From: an uncultured Chloroflexia bacterium | GTDB lineage: Bacteria > Chloroflexota > Anaerolineae > CG2-30-64-16 | Assembly (NCBI GenBank): GCA_963810095.1 | Contig: CAWEMM010000014.1 | Location: forward strand, 224,001-288,000 | Direction: 5' to 3' | DNA length: 64,000 nucleotides | Shown: piece after piece, positions 19,299-29,488 of the stretch | Position numbering within the stretch: the stretch's first letter is position 1 | Layout: the number at the start of each line of letters is the position of its first letter | Notes under the pieces: generated by a model | Told to the model about the DNA's origin: nothing | The model's input: only the letters and a program-made list of their open reading frames with translations | Databases searched by the model: none | Program-made: the position numbers and the translations under genes

Positions 19299-20620
19299 TG
19301 GACACCTTTCTGACCGACATGCTGAATCGGCTTGGTCCGCTGGACATCGTATTGTTGCTCGTCGGGGGCATAGTGCTGCTTTACCTCGCCTTATCGAACC
19401 GGGTGCTCCCATTGATGTTCATGCTGATCCTAAGTGCATCACTGGTCACGAGCACGATCCCGATTATCGAGAATGTCGCTTCGCTTCTCCGATGGCTTTG
19501 CGTGCTTCTGTTGCTGGTGGCCGGGCTGTTGTTCAGCAAGGTCCAGTTATCGGTAGGCACCCTCCTTTTCTGGGGCTATGTCTTCTTCGGACTTGCCGCG
19601 ATGATTCAGGCCCTCTCCATCACGTGGCAGCTTCAACGCGGCCTATTGCTCTTGCTCGTGGCGACGGCCGTCCCCATCGTATACGGCGCCAGGTCGTACG
19701 CCACGCATCGTGCTACCCTAGTCGCGACCGCAGTCGCGGGAGCCATGTTCGGTATCCTGAACGCCGTCGCTCTCCCATCCCAACTCAGCAGCGTAGGCAG
19801 GTCCATTGGCTTCGCCCAAACCGCGCCCGGGCTTACTGTCGCTATGGGCAGCCTGTTGCCATTCGTGTTCTGGGGGTTTTGGAATGTGAGGACCCTAGTC
19901 GTACGAGTGTTTTTCGGGATTGGTTTTCTGGCTGGTGTCGCAACGCTGGTTCTTAGTGGGCAGCGGGCCGGCACCCTTGCCGGCATTGTCAGCGTCATCC
20001 CGATGGTGTTCATGCTCGTGCGCCGAAAGCAGAGCAGCGCACAACTGGTGCTGCTTCTTATCGTCCTAGCGGTGCTCGGCCTCGTCGTGATACAGAATAC
20101 CAACCCGGAAAAGATCAATTATGTACTCAACAGGTACCGGCCCGATACGGGCCTAACGAATAGGGACTGGCTGTGGAGCATTGCTTACTCCGAGATCTCG
20201 AAAAACCCTCTTTTCGGGCAAGGCATCGGAGCGGCTGAGTCGGTCATTCTCGCGAGCTTTCACAACGCTTATCTAGAAGTCTGGTTTAATGCGGGGTTTA
20301 TTGGTCTGGCCCTGTTCATTGCTTCCCAGCTCTATCTCTTGTTCCGGATACGATGCCTTAGCCGCATCCTGCCGGGCCCCGAGGCGCAGTCCATTCTGGC
20401 GCTTGCCCTCGGCTACCTGATGGGCTTTGTCTTGCTCTGCATTGTGGAGAGCGTTGGTGCGGGAGCCAGTAACCTGAGTCTGATACTCTTTCTGTACCTG
20501 GGTACGCTTGTGTCGGGGCACGCCCTCTTCGGCATCCCTGGTTGTGGAGCCGGGATGCCGACTGCCACGCGTACGAATTCCAGCGTTGCGTGGGACGTTC
20601 CTACTGCCATAACATCCTGA
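19298..20620 (+). CDS. O-antigen ligase/Wzy-family polymerase
   Basis: Multiple TM helices; LSGQRAG, R..LW..NPLFGQGIG, HNAYLEV. Confidence 0.88.
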   Translation: MDTFLTDMLNRLGPLDIVLLLVGGIVLLYLALSNRVLPLMFMLILSASLVTSTIPIIENVASLLRWLCVLLLLVAGLLFSKVQLSVGTLLFWGYVFFGLAAMIQALSITWQLQRGLLLLLVATAVPIVYGARSYATHRATLVATAVAGAMFGILNAVALPSQLSSVGRSIGFAQTAPGLTVAMGSLLPFVFWGFWNVRTLVVRVFFGIGFLAGVATLVLSGQRAGTLAGIVSVIPMVFMLVRRKQSSAQLVLLLIVLAVLGLVVIQNTNPEKINYVLNRYRPDTGLTNRDWLWSIAYSEISKNPLFGQGIGAAESVILASFHNAYLEVWFNAGFIGLALFIASQLYLLFRIRCLSRILPGPEAQSILALALGYLMGFVLLCIVESVGAGASNLSLILFLYLGTLVSGHALFGIPGCGAGMPTATRTNSSVAWDVPTAITS

Positions 20621-20650
20621 TCGTTCGCTCCGCCAGAAGGTAGGCTGAGG

Positions 20651-22150
20651 ATGGCTACGGTCCTTACAGTGTCAGGGGAGGCGGCCCAGCCCGACGCCAG
20701 GGCTTCCCTGGTCCGCCACTCCGCGCGTTCGGTAAAGTGGTCCCTCCTCTACAATCTTGTGCCGCGCCTCGTTACGCCGTTCTCCACCATGGTTCTGGCC
20801 GCCATCTTGACGCCCGACGACTTCGGACTTGTGGCAATTTCTACGTTCGTAATCGCCCTGGCGCGTATCGTCGTAGATCTGGGCTTGGGCAAGACGGTGA
20901 TTCAGCGCCAGACGAACGTAGACGAGGCCGCCTCGGTTTCGTTCTGTGTAGGCCTGCTCATCTCAGCCGTCCTCTACCTCGGCCTCTGGGTTGCCGCGCC
21001 TGCCATTTCCGCAGCCTACCATAACGCGAACGTCACCGCCGTGATCAGAACGTCTGCCTTGTCGCTGCCGCTGATGGCCGTGGCCACCATTCCGAAGGCA
21101 CTATTGAAGCGGGACATGCGCTTCCGCAGCCTGTTCTGGGTCAATTCTTCTTTCCTGATTGTGCAGTCGATTGCCTCGCTGGCACTGGCGCTGGCTGGTT
21201 TCGGCTACTGGGCACTCATTCTCGGGCAACTCATCGGTATGCTCATTAGCTCCGGACTGGCCTGCATAACGGCGCATCCGCGATTCGACTTCGTCCTCAG
21301 TTGGCCCGTTCTGCGGTCGCTGTTGGGATTCAGTGTCTGGGTGATGGTATCAGGTTTTCAGAGCTGGTTATTTCTGTACTCCGACAACGCGATCGCCGGG
21401 CTGTTCCTCGGCGTTCGCGAGTTGGGCATCTACGCACTTGGGTTCAGCGTGGCGGTCCTGCTGCCTGGGCTCGTCGAGGCCTCGCTCGGAGATGTGGCAT
21501 ATCCGGCGTTCTGCAAGCTTCAAGCGTCGCCTCGCGAGGTCGGCAAGAGCCTAGTTAAGCTTCAGACCTTGACACTCGCCGGGCTCCTCCCGGTGGCCAG
21601 CGCGGTTTCGGCCCTTGCTCCATCCGTTGCGGCCGGATTGTATGGGCCGAAATGGGCAGGTCTCGGTGCAGTCATCTCCGTCCTGGTGATTATGCCGGGG
21701 CTAATCTGCATCTGGGCGTTGAACGAGAACGCATACCAGGCCGTCGGCCGGCCAGATGTGGCGCCTAAGCTCGCCGCAATCTCGCTCTTGGTGCTCTTGC
21801 CTGCCCTATGGCTCGTGGCTCCACATGGTCTGGTGGCATTCACATTCGCTCGCTTTGCCGCCGCGTGGATTTTACCGCTGGGTAATATGCTGGTTACTGC
21901 TCGAATGTTCGGTGTTGGACTCGCAGACCAACTGAAGAGGATCGTCAGGCCCTCGCTGTATGCGATCGTCATGTACCTGTTCATTTGGCTCCTGGTTCAG
22001 CAAATCGGCCCGCTGACCAGTGCGGTGGACTGGCTGAAGCTTGGCCTCGTCACTGCCGCGGGCGGACTGCTGTATCTGTTCCTGATCTGCATAGGTAGTC
22101 GCGGTTTGTGGAATGAGCTTCGCTTCGGCGCCCGCCAGGTTCTGTCGTGA
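20651..22150 (+). CDS. Wzx/PST-family polysaccharide flippase
   Basis: LAAILTPDDFGLV, DLGLGKTVIQR, GFGYWALI, LGIYALGF; many TMs. Confidence 0.9.
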   Translation: MATVLTVSGEAAQPDARASLVRHSARSVKWSLLYNLVPRLVTPFSTMVLAAILTPDDFGLVAISTFVIALARIVVDLGLGKTVIQRQTNVDEAASVSFCVGLLISAVLYLGLWVAAPAISAAYHNANVTAVIRTSALSLPLMAVATIPKALLKRDMRFRSLFWVNSSFLIVQSIASLALALAGFGYWALILGQLIGMLISSGLACITAHPRFDFVLSWPVLRSLLGFSVWVMVSGFQSWLFLYSDNAIAGLFLGVRELGIYALGFSVAVLLPGLVEASLGDVAYPAFCKLQASPREVGKSLVKLQTLTLAGLLPVASAVSALAPSVAAGLYGPKWAGLGAVISVLVIMPGLICIWALNENAYQAVGRPDVAPKLAAISLLVLLPALWLVAPHGLVAFTFARFAAAWILPLGNMLVTARMFGVGLADQLKRIVRPSLYAIVMYLFIWLLVQQIGPLTSAVDWLKLGLVTAAGGLLYLFLICIGSRGLWNELRFGARQVLS

Positions 22151-22161
22151 GGGATGGGGCA

Positions 22162-23385
22162 ATGTTACCGCAGAGGATAGTTCTGATACACCCGTTTCTC
22201 TTGCACTACCACTTCGCTCGCCTGCAGGCGTTGTCCGACGCGTGCCGCAAGACCGGCAGTTCCGTGTACAGTCTGGAACTCGCGAGTTTTTCGGATCAGT
22301 ACCGGTCGCTTGCCCAGGATCAGACGGGTCGTTTCGACAATCGAGTTTTGTTTCCCGGGAGAAGCTTCGAGGAGTTGTCAACGGGTGAGGCGTGGGAGCG
22401 AGTAAAAGAAGAGTTGATGTTGCTAAAGCCGGACGTTGTTTTCATATATGGTTACTGCCTGGGTGTGATGCGGAGGACGGCGTTCTGGGCGCTACGGAAT
22501 GGAGTGGGCATCGTCGTAATCGGCGACAGTAACGAGTTTGACCGCCCCAGGCACAGCGCGCTCCAGTGGGCAAAGCGGCAGTTCATCTCGAGGATGGACG
22601 CGGCGTTCGTGGGAGGCACGAGCTCCGCTCAGTACCTCCAGGCGCTCGGCCTGCCGTTCGAACGTGTGATTCCCGGATATGATGTGGTAGATAACGAAGT
22701 TTTCCGCCGGTGTGCAGAGGAGAACTGGCCCATGCGCTCCGTTATCCGTGCGCAACGGGCGCTTCCAAGCAAGTACTTCCTCTTCGTGGGAAGACTTATC
22801 CCCGAGAAGAACCTCAATAGGTTGCTGCAGGCATACGAGTGGTACGCCGGGCTGCTGACGACCGAAGAAGAGCCGTGGGGCCTTGTCATCTGCGGTAGCG
22901 GCCCCCTGGAGGAAGAGCTACGGCTTTCCATTGATGCTATGCCGCAGCGACTGCAGGCTCGGATCCAATTGCGCGGCATGATCAGGCAAGCGGAAACGGC
23001 TGATTTCTACTCCTGTGCCTCCTGTCTTCTGCTTCCCAGTACTTATGAAACATGGGGCCTTGTCGTCAACGAAGCGATGGCCTGCAAGTTGCCGGTGCTC
23101 GCGTCGCGGCGGGCCGGCTGCGCGGCAGACCTGGTCAAGGACGGCGTAACCGGGTGGCTGTGCGATCCCTACGACACGGCCGAGATGGCACGGTTGATGG
23201 CCAACGTGCATCAGCTAGACCCTTCGGCTCGCGACGCCGTCGGTGAGAGGGCACAACAGGTGATCGGCCAATGGGGTCTGGAAAAGTTTTCGACCGGTGC
23301 CCTGAAGTGCGCCCAGGTGGCCGCGAGTCGGCACGCGGCCCGAGGGCGGAAGGAGGCGTTCAGAAGTGAATCAGCAGGCACGTGA
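22162..23385 (+). CDS. Glycosyltransferase family 4
   Basis: FLFVGRLIPEKN, ETWGLVVNEAMA (EX7E). Confidence 0.93.
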   Translation: MLPQRIVLIHPFLLHYHFARLQALSDACRKTGSSVYSLELASFSDQYRSLAQDQTGRFDNRVLFPGRSFEELSTGEAWERVKEELMLLKPDVVFIYGYCLGVMRRTAFWALRNGVGIVVIGDSNEFDRPRHSALQWAKRQFISRMDAAFVGGTSSAQYLQALGLPFERVIPGYDVVDNEVFRRCAEENWPMRSVIRAQRALPSKYFLFVGRLIPEKNLNRLLQAYEWYAGLLTTEEEPWGLVICGSGPLEEELRLSIDAMPQRLQARIQLRGMIRQAETADFYSCASCLLLPSTYETWGLVVNEAMACKLPVLASRRAGCAADLVKDGVTGWLCDPYDTAEMARLMANVHQLDPSARDAVGERAQQVIGQWGLEKFSTGALKCAQVAASRHAARGRKEAFRSESAGT

Positions 23386-24010
23386 AGCGCCCTGGAAGGT
23401 CTGGAACGAAATCCTCCGCCTCTTGGCTTATCCGGCGGTGCGCTTGCTATTTGCCTGGAACGGAATCGCGTGGGGCCAGGGATGGCGCTTCTACGGGGTC
23501 CCCATCATTCAGAAGCACCGACGGAGCTCCATGCACTTCGGGCCCGGTCTTCAGTTGCGATCGTCGCTGCGTTCGAACCCGTTGGGTCCCAACCATCCGG
23601 TAATGCTCGTCACATGGCGCAAGGGCGCGTCAATCGACGTCGGCGCGGATTTTCACATGACCGGCGGAACCCTGTGTGCCGCCGAGCGCATCAGCATTGG
23701 CAATCGTGTGGCGGTGGGGGCCAATACCACCATTGTCGATACAGACTTTCATCCCCTGGATGTGGAGGGTCGCAGAACCGACGCGGCGGCCGGTAAGTGT
23801 GCGGCTGTCATCATCGAGGATGACGTGTTCATCGGCATGAATTGCCTGGTGTTGAAAGGGGTCCATATCGGGCGCGGAAGTGTGATTGGCGCGGGCAGCG
23901 TGGTGACGAGTGACGTGCCGCCAGGGGTCATCGTGGCAGGCAATCCGGCCCACGTAGTGCGTCCGCTGGGTGCAAGGCCAGTCCGAGAGGAATGGCTTGT
24001 CGCGGCGTGA
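23366..24010 (+). CDS. Hexapeptide-repeat (LbH) acyltransferase
   Basis: IVDTDFH, VIIEDDVFIG, IGRGSVIGAGSVV, VAGNPA. Confidence 0.92.
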   Translation: MNQQAREAPWKVWNEILRLLAYPAVRLLFAWNGIAWGQGWRFYGVPIIQKHRRSSMHFGPGLQLRSSLRSNPLGPNHPVMLVTWRKGASIDVGADFHMTGGTLCAAERISIGNRVAVGANTTIVDTDFHPLDVEGRRTDAAAGKCAAVIIEDDVFIGMNCLVLKGVHIGRGSVIGAGSVVTSDVPPGVIVAGNPAHVVRPLGARPVREEWLVAA

Positions 24011-24024
24011 GCGGAGATAAGACG

Positions 24025-25266
24025 ATGCACATCATGTTCATGGCCCAATGCTACGCACCCGAAGATGTCAGCGCGGCGGTGCTGATCGCCGAACTCGCGA
24101 CGGACCTGGTGAAGCGCGGCCATGCGGTGACGTTTGTTACCGGTGCGCCCAACTACCCGGCCGGCCGTGTCTTCGAGGGTTACCGCAACCGCCCCTACCA
24201 GGTTGAGTGGCTGGACGGGGTGCGGGTTGTGCGCACCTGGAGCTACATCTCGCCCTCAAAGGCCCTTTGGCCCCGTCTGTTTCACTATGGCAGCTACAGT
24301 GCAACTGCGTTTTATGGCGGGCTGTTTGCCGGAAGACCCGACGTGATCGTCAGCTACTCGCCGCCCCTGCCCCTTGGCCTGTCGGCCTGGCTGTTGAGCC
24401 GGCTGTGGCACGTGCCGTGGGTCCTGGAATTGGAAGACCTCTACCCGGACGCGGCCGTGGCCGCTGGCGTCCTGCGTAACCAATCCCTGATCCGGTTCTT
24501 CTCGGCCATGGAAAGGTTCGAGTACAGGGCCGCGAGCCGTATCTCGGTCATTGCAGAGAATTTCCGGCAGATCCTGCTTGCGAAAGGCGTGCAGGGCGCG
24601 AAGATCACGGTTATCCCGGTCTGGGCCGACCCCGAATTCGTGCGACCGCTGCCCAAAACCAACGGCTTCCGGCACGCCCTGGGATTATCGGACGAACTGG
24701 TGGTGATGTACGCAGGCAATCTCGGCCTGACCTCCTGCCTGGAGGATGTGCTCTCGGCGGCCGGCCTCGTGCAGGATGCACCGCACATCCGCTTTGTGAT
24801 TGTCGGGGAAGGCGTGAGAAGGGCGTATCTGGTGGCAGCGGCACAACGCGCTGGCCTGAGCAACGTTACTTTCCTGCCATACCAGCCCCGCGAGGTCTTC
24901 CCGCAAATGTTGGCGGCTGCGGACGTGGGCCTTGTGACCCTCAACCAGGGATCCGCCAATTCCTCCTTGCCCAGCAAAATCTTCAACGTCATGGCCAGCG
25001 CCCGGCCAGTTCTCGCCGTTGCGCCGCCCGCCAGCGAAATTGCTCACCTGGTGGAAGCTGCCCATTGCGGGCTCGTCGTGCCGCCCGGGCGTCCTGAGCT
25101 GCTTGCCGCGGCATTGCGCGACCTCGACGCGCAGCCGGCCCAACTCGAAGAAATGGGCCGCAATGGCCGCACTCAGCTTGAAGAACACTTCTCACGTGGG
25201 CGCTGCGTGGAGCTCTACGAGAGCATGCTGGCGGCGGTCTGCCGGCGAGAAGGTGCTCAGACATGA
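24025..25266 (+). CDS. Glycosyltransferase family 4 (WbuB/WcaI-like)
   Basis: YAPE, GAPNYP, SPPLP, EDLYPD, YAGNLG, LPSKIFNVMA. Confidence 0.93.
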   Translation: MHIMFMAQCYAPEDVSAAVLIAELATDLVKRGHAVTFVTGAPNYPAGRVFEGYRNRPYQVEWLDGVRVVRTWSYISPSKALWPRLFHYGSYSATAFYGGLFAGRPDVIVSYSPPLPLGLSAWLLSRLWHVPWVLELEDLYPDAAVAAGVLRNQSLIRFFSAMERFEYRAASRISVIAENFRQILLAKGVQGAKITVIPVWADPEFVRPLPKTNGFRHALGLSDELVVMYAGNLGLTSCLEDVLSAAGLVQDAPHIRFVIVGEGVRRAYLVAAAQRAGLSNVTFLPYQPREVFPQMLAAADVGLVTLNQGSANSSLPSKIFNVMASARPVLAVAPPASEIAHLVEAAHCGLVVPPGRPELLAAALRDLDAQPAQLEEMGRNGRTQLEEHFSRGRCVELYESMLAAVCRREGAQT

Positions 25267-26260
25267 ACGCCGAGATTTTTGCCGAATGGCTGCGCCGCCA
25301 GGGCCATCGGGTGATCCGCAGCGCGAGCAGCTACTGGTACGATGCCGGCCCGCGGGTGTTCCAGGCCTTCCCGTACCACTGGCTAGATCGAGCCTTCGGC
25401 GGCCGAACTGCGCAGACTCACGCTCGGCCACGGGGTTGCGGCCCTCCGCTATTCGACGCCGTTGAGCGCGCCGCTCGGCATGGTCAGTTACCACGTCGTG
25501 CTGCACCGGCCCTACACCCTGGAGGGGCTGCGCGCACAGGCCAGGAACGGGGTGCGCCGCGGGCTGACAAGCTGTCGGGTCGAACAGATCTCGTTCGAGC
25601 GGCTTGCCGTCGAGGGCTGGAGCCTGCAGGCGGACACGCTCGAACGCCAGGGCCGCACGCAATCGATGCGCCAGGCCGAGTGGGAGCGTATCTGCCGGGC
25701 CGCAGAGGGCTTGCCCGGGTTCGAAGCCTGGGCCGCTGTCCACGGTGACGAACTGGCCGGGGCCATGCTGACTGCACAGATTGGTGATACGTGGTGTGTC
25801 CCCTACGCGCTTAGCCACTCCAAGTATCTGCGCGAGCACGTCAATAACGCGCTGTTCTTCACGGTCAGCAGTAACCTGCTCGCCCGAGAAGGGGTGGCGG
25901 GCATCTTCTTCACCCTGCAGTCGCTCGACGCGCCAGAGAGCGTCGACGAATTCAAGTTCCGGATGGGCCTGACCCCCATTCCAGTGCGCCAGCGGGTGGT
26001 CTTTAATCCCTGCCTTCAGCCGTTTGCCCGGCCTCGGACACATGCACTTGCTGGCCGAGCGGCTTGCCCGCGACCCCGGCAATCCGCTCCTTGCGAAGGC
26101 CGAAGGGATGCTCCGCTTCTACCTGCTGGGCCGTCGCCCGAGTGATGACCAGGCTTGGCCAGCCTGCCTGACCGAATACCGGAATCCGTCGACCGAGCCG
26201 GCAGTGCACAGCGTTACTCCGGCCCGCCCGAGCGAACCGGAGCCTGCCGGGGCGGCATGA
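25263..26260 (+). CDS. GNAT/FemAB-like acyltransferase; split by frameshifts near 25390 and 26050
   Basis: Stitched from ORFs 25263, 25462 and 26024; ARNGVRRG, WAAVHGDELAG, NNALFF, SVDEFKFRMG are typical FemAB/Acetyltransf_6-like motifs. Confidence 0.7.
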
Positions 26261-26275
26261 GAGGAGTTGCTTGCC

Positions 26276-26848
26276 ATGAGCGCACCGGAACTCGCGGCAG
26301 CATGCCAGGTGCCTTGCTTGCGGGGCATTGTCGAAGGGGAGGCAGAAGCGCCGCCTCAATCGATGCTTCGCCGGCTGAAGCTGATGGTTCGCCGGCGGAT
26401 GAGCCCGCAAACGGAACGGCGGTTCAAGGCACGCACGAACGCGGCGATGAACTGGATCTGCAGCGTCACGGGGAAGCCCCGACACCCGGCCGAATTGACC
26501 GTTGCACCCGCTGTCCACCTGCAGGCCGGTGATTGGGTCCGCGTGCGATCGAAGGCCGAGATCGACCGCACGCTCAACCACTGGCGCCAGTTGCGGGGGT
26601 GCACATTCATGCCAGAAATGGTGCAGTACTGCGAAAGCACCCAGCGGGTCTACAAGCCGCTCGGGAGGTTCGTAGACGAGCGTGATCTGCGCGTCAAGAC
26701 GGCCAGGGGCATCGTGCTTCTCGACCGGGTGATCTGCCAGGGTACCGCGGAATTCGGGCGGTGCGACCGTTCCTGCATGCTCTTCTGGCGCGAGGAGTGG
26801 CTCGAGAGGGTCGATGCGCCTGAACGGGAACCTATCGGCGAGGTATAG
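26276..26848 (+). CDS. Conserved hypothetical Cys-containing protein (SH3-like), EPS-locus associated
   Basis: LQAGDWVRVRSKAEI..RGCTFMPEM..YC..LLDRVICQG..CDRSCMLFWREEWLERV; GAGGAG RBS. Confidence 0.75.
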   Translation: MSAPELAAACQVPCLRGIVEGEAEAPPQSMLRRLKLMVRRRMSPQTERRFKARTNAAMNWICSVTGKPRHPAELTVAPAVHLQAGDWVRVRSKAEIDRTLNHWRQLRGCTFMPEMVQYCESTQRVYKPLGRFVDERDLRVKTARGIVLLDRVICQGTAEFGRCDRSCMLFWREEWLERVDAPEREPIGEV

Positions 26849-26850
26849 CG

Positions 26851-28445
26851 ATGAGCCAGTACGCTCTGGGTGGCATGGACCTGGAACGTCGGGACAGCAT
26901 AACGCTGGCTGCCCCGGTGAAGCGCGCCTTTGACATCGTCATCTCGCTGCTGGCGCTGATCTGTCTCGCCCCGTTACTCGCCCTGATCGCGGTCGCAGTC
27001 ACACACGATTCGCCTGGGCCCGCGATTTACCGCGGGCCGCGCGTGGGATTGGGCGGCCGGGTTTTCCAGATTCTGAAGTTCAGGACCATGTACGATGCGG
27101 CCTCCAGCTACTCCGGACCCAGAGTCACTGCACATGACGACCCGCGGGTGACTCCGCTTGGGCGGTGGCTGCGGAGCACCAAGTTGAACGAGTTGCCCCA
27201 ATTCTGGAATGTGCTGCGCGGCGACATGAGCCTGGTGGGCCCGCGGCCCGAGGACCCGTCTCTCGCCGCCGAGTGGCCGGCCGACGCGCGTGGGCGGATT
27301 CTTTCCGTGCGGCCCGGCATCACCAGCCCCGCCTCGGTTCTCTATCATAACGAGGAGGCGCTGCTCTGCAGCAACGACCTCTTCCGTAAGTACGCGCAGG
27401 AGGTGGGCCCTGACAAGCTGCGCCTCGACGAGCTCTACGTGCGCTACCTTTCGTTCTGCCTCGATATGGATACCTTGCTGTGGACTGCCTTGATCATGCT
27501 GCCGCGGGTGCGCTCGTTCGAGCCGCCCGAAAGCCTGCTGCTGGTCGGACCGTTCACGCGGCTTCGTCCGGCAGGTATGCCAACTGGTTCGCAATCGATT
27601 GGCTGGTGGCGTTGGTTGCAATCGGGTGCGCCGGGCTCGTCTGGCGAATCTACGGGCCACTGAACGTCGGCTGGCCCAAGGCGGTCGCGTCAGCTCTCGC
27701 CTTTGCACTGCTCTTCAGCATCACCGGCGCCGTCCTCGGCATCAATCGCGTCTCCTGGACGAAGGCCCGGGCCGAGGATGTCGGCGACTTGATCCTGGCG
27801 TGGGCGATTGCCGCAGGACTGACCTTCATCATCAGCCTCGTCGTGCGCGTGCTGCCGTTGGGCCTGCTGGTGCTTGCGTTCGTATTGGCTCTCTGCGGCT
27901 CCATTGCAATCCGCTATCGCACCCGCCTGGTGACAGCGTGCCTGAGCTACGCGATGCGCCGGAGGCGCAGGAACGCTGCCGACTGCGGGGACCGGGTCGT
28001 GATCGTGGGCGCCGGTCAGAATGCCCGGTATGCGACGTTACTGCTGAATCAGCCCGGAAACGTCCAGAAATTTCAGTTGGTGGGACTGGTGGACGACGAT
28101 CCCTTCGCGCAGGGTATGCGCCTCTACGGTGCGACGGTCGTGGGCACGCGGCACAATCTCCCTGGCCTCATCGCGCAGCAGAACATCAAAGTCGTCATCC
28201 TCGCGGACCCGGCCATTGCGCAGGGCGACATCGGCCCAATTACAGACGCATGTCGCGCGGCTAACAGCCGAGTCGTACGCATGCCCGATCTGGCCAGCGC
28301 GTTGGGCGCCTGGTGCGGGGGCGCCGACGATGCGGGCTGCCCGTCCGCCGCGCGTGCGGAAGCAACTTGCCTCGAGTGCCTTGCCCGGCGGTCCGCAGTG
28401 GGCGCGGCTGCCGCTTCAGAGAAAGAAACCGCAGGGGTGCCATGA
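26851..28445 (+). CDS. Priming sugar (phosphoglycosyl) transferase followed by 4-TM + CoA-binding-like domain; probable single gene with frameshift near 27570
   Basis: KRAFDI, KFRTM, DPRVT, NELPQFWNVLRGDMSLVGPRP in ORF 26851-27663; TMs plus RVVIVGAG..VGLVDDD in ORF 27480-28445. Confidence 0.8.
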
Positions 28446-29437
28446 ACGACTTCTTCAGCGGCAAGCAAGTCCTGATAACGGGCGCGGGAGGCTTCATCGG
28501 GAGTCATCTCGTCGAGGCATTGGCGGCACGCGGGGCGCGGGTGCGGGCTTTCGTGCGTTACAACTCGCGCGGCGATCCGGGCCTGCTCTCCTTGCTGCCC
28601 GGCGACCTTTTTGCGTCGCTGGACGTCATTCCCGGCGACCTGCGCGACCTGCCGGCGCTGTTAGCCGCATGCGCGGCGTCGAAGTCGTCTATCACCTCGG
28701 CGCGCTCATCGCGATTCCCTACTCCTATCTGCATCCGAGTGGAGGTCGTGCAGTCCAACGTTTTGGGAACGATGAATATCCTCCTCGCAGCCAGGGAGAC
28801 TGGCGTCAGCCGCATCGTGCACACCTCCACCAGCGAAGTTTATGGGAGCGCGTTACGCACCCCCATCGACGAGACGCATCCGCTGCAAGGACAGTCGCCT
28901 TACTCAGCCAGCAAGATCGGCGCCGACAAGCTGGCCGAAAGCTTCTACTGTGCTTTCGGGCTGCCCGTGGTGACAGTGCGGCCGTTCAACACCTACGGCC
29001 CGCGCCAGTCGGCGCGGGCCGTCATCCCCTCGATCATCGCTCAGGCGCTCACCCAGGAGGTCGTCCGCCTGGGCAACCTCGACGCCCGCCGCGATTTTAC
29101 TTTTGTTTCCGATACGGTAGGCGGATTCCTGGCTGCGGGACAGGCTCGCGGTGTCGAAGGACAAGTCTTCAACTTGGGGGTGGGTCGTGACATCCGGATC
29201 GGCGACCTGGCCGCCGAAATCTTCGCGCTTTTGGGCGTCACCCGGGAGATATGGGTCGACCGCGCGCGGCTGCGGCCCGACAAGAGCGAGGTGAGTCGCC
29301 TCATCTCGGATAACCGTCGCGCAGCCGAGTGCCTCGGGTGGGTGCCCCGCGTTTCGCTACCGGATGGCCTGGCGGCGACCATCGACTGGATCTCGGCTCA
29401 TGTTAGCTCGTATCGGCCCGAAAAGGACCAGGTGTAG
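28442..29437 (+). CDS. NAD-dependent NDP-sugar 4,6-dehydratase (LegB-like SDR); compensating frameshifts ~28665-28740
   Basis: ITGAGGFIGSH, FVRYNSR, alt-frame VYHLGALIAIPYSY, HTSTSEVYG, QSPYSASK, RPFNTYGPRQSARA. Confidence 0.9.
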   Translation: MNDFFSGKQVLITGAGGFIGSHLVEALAARGARVRAFVRYNSRGDPGLLSLLPGDLFASLDVIPGDLRDLPALLAACAASKSSITSARSSRFPTPICIRVEVVQSNVLGTMNILLAARETGVSRIVHTSTSEVYGSALRTPIDETHPLQGQSPYSASKIGADKLAESFYCAFGLPVVTVRPFNTYGPRQSARAVIPSIIAQALTQEVVRLGNLDARRDFTFVSDTVGGFLAAGQARGVEGQVFNLGVGRDIRIGDLAAEIFALLGVTREIWVDRARLRPDKSEVSRLISDNRRAAECLGWVPRVSLPDGLAATIDWISAHVSSYRPEKDQV

Positions 29438-29488
29438 CGAGAAGGCGAGTGACCATCAATCCTGTGCAGGCGGTACAAGGAGGCAACG

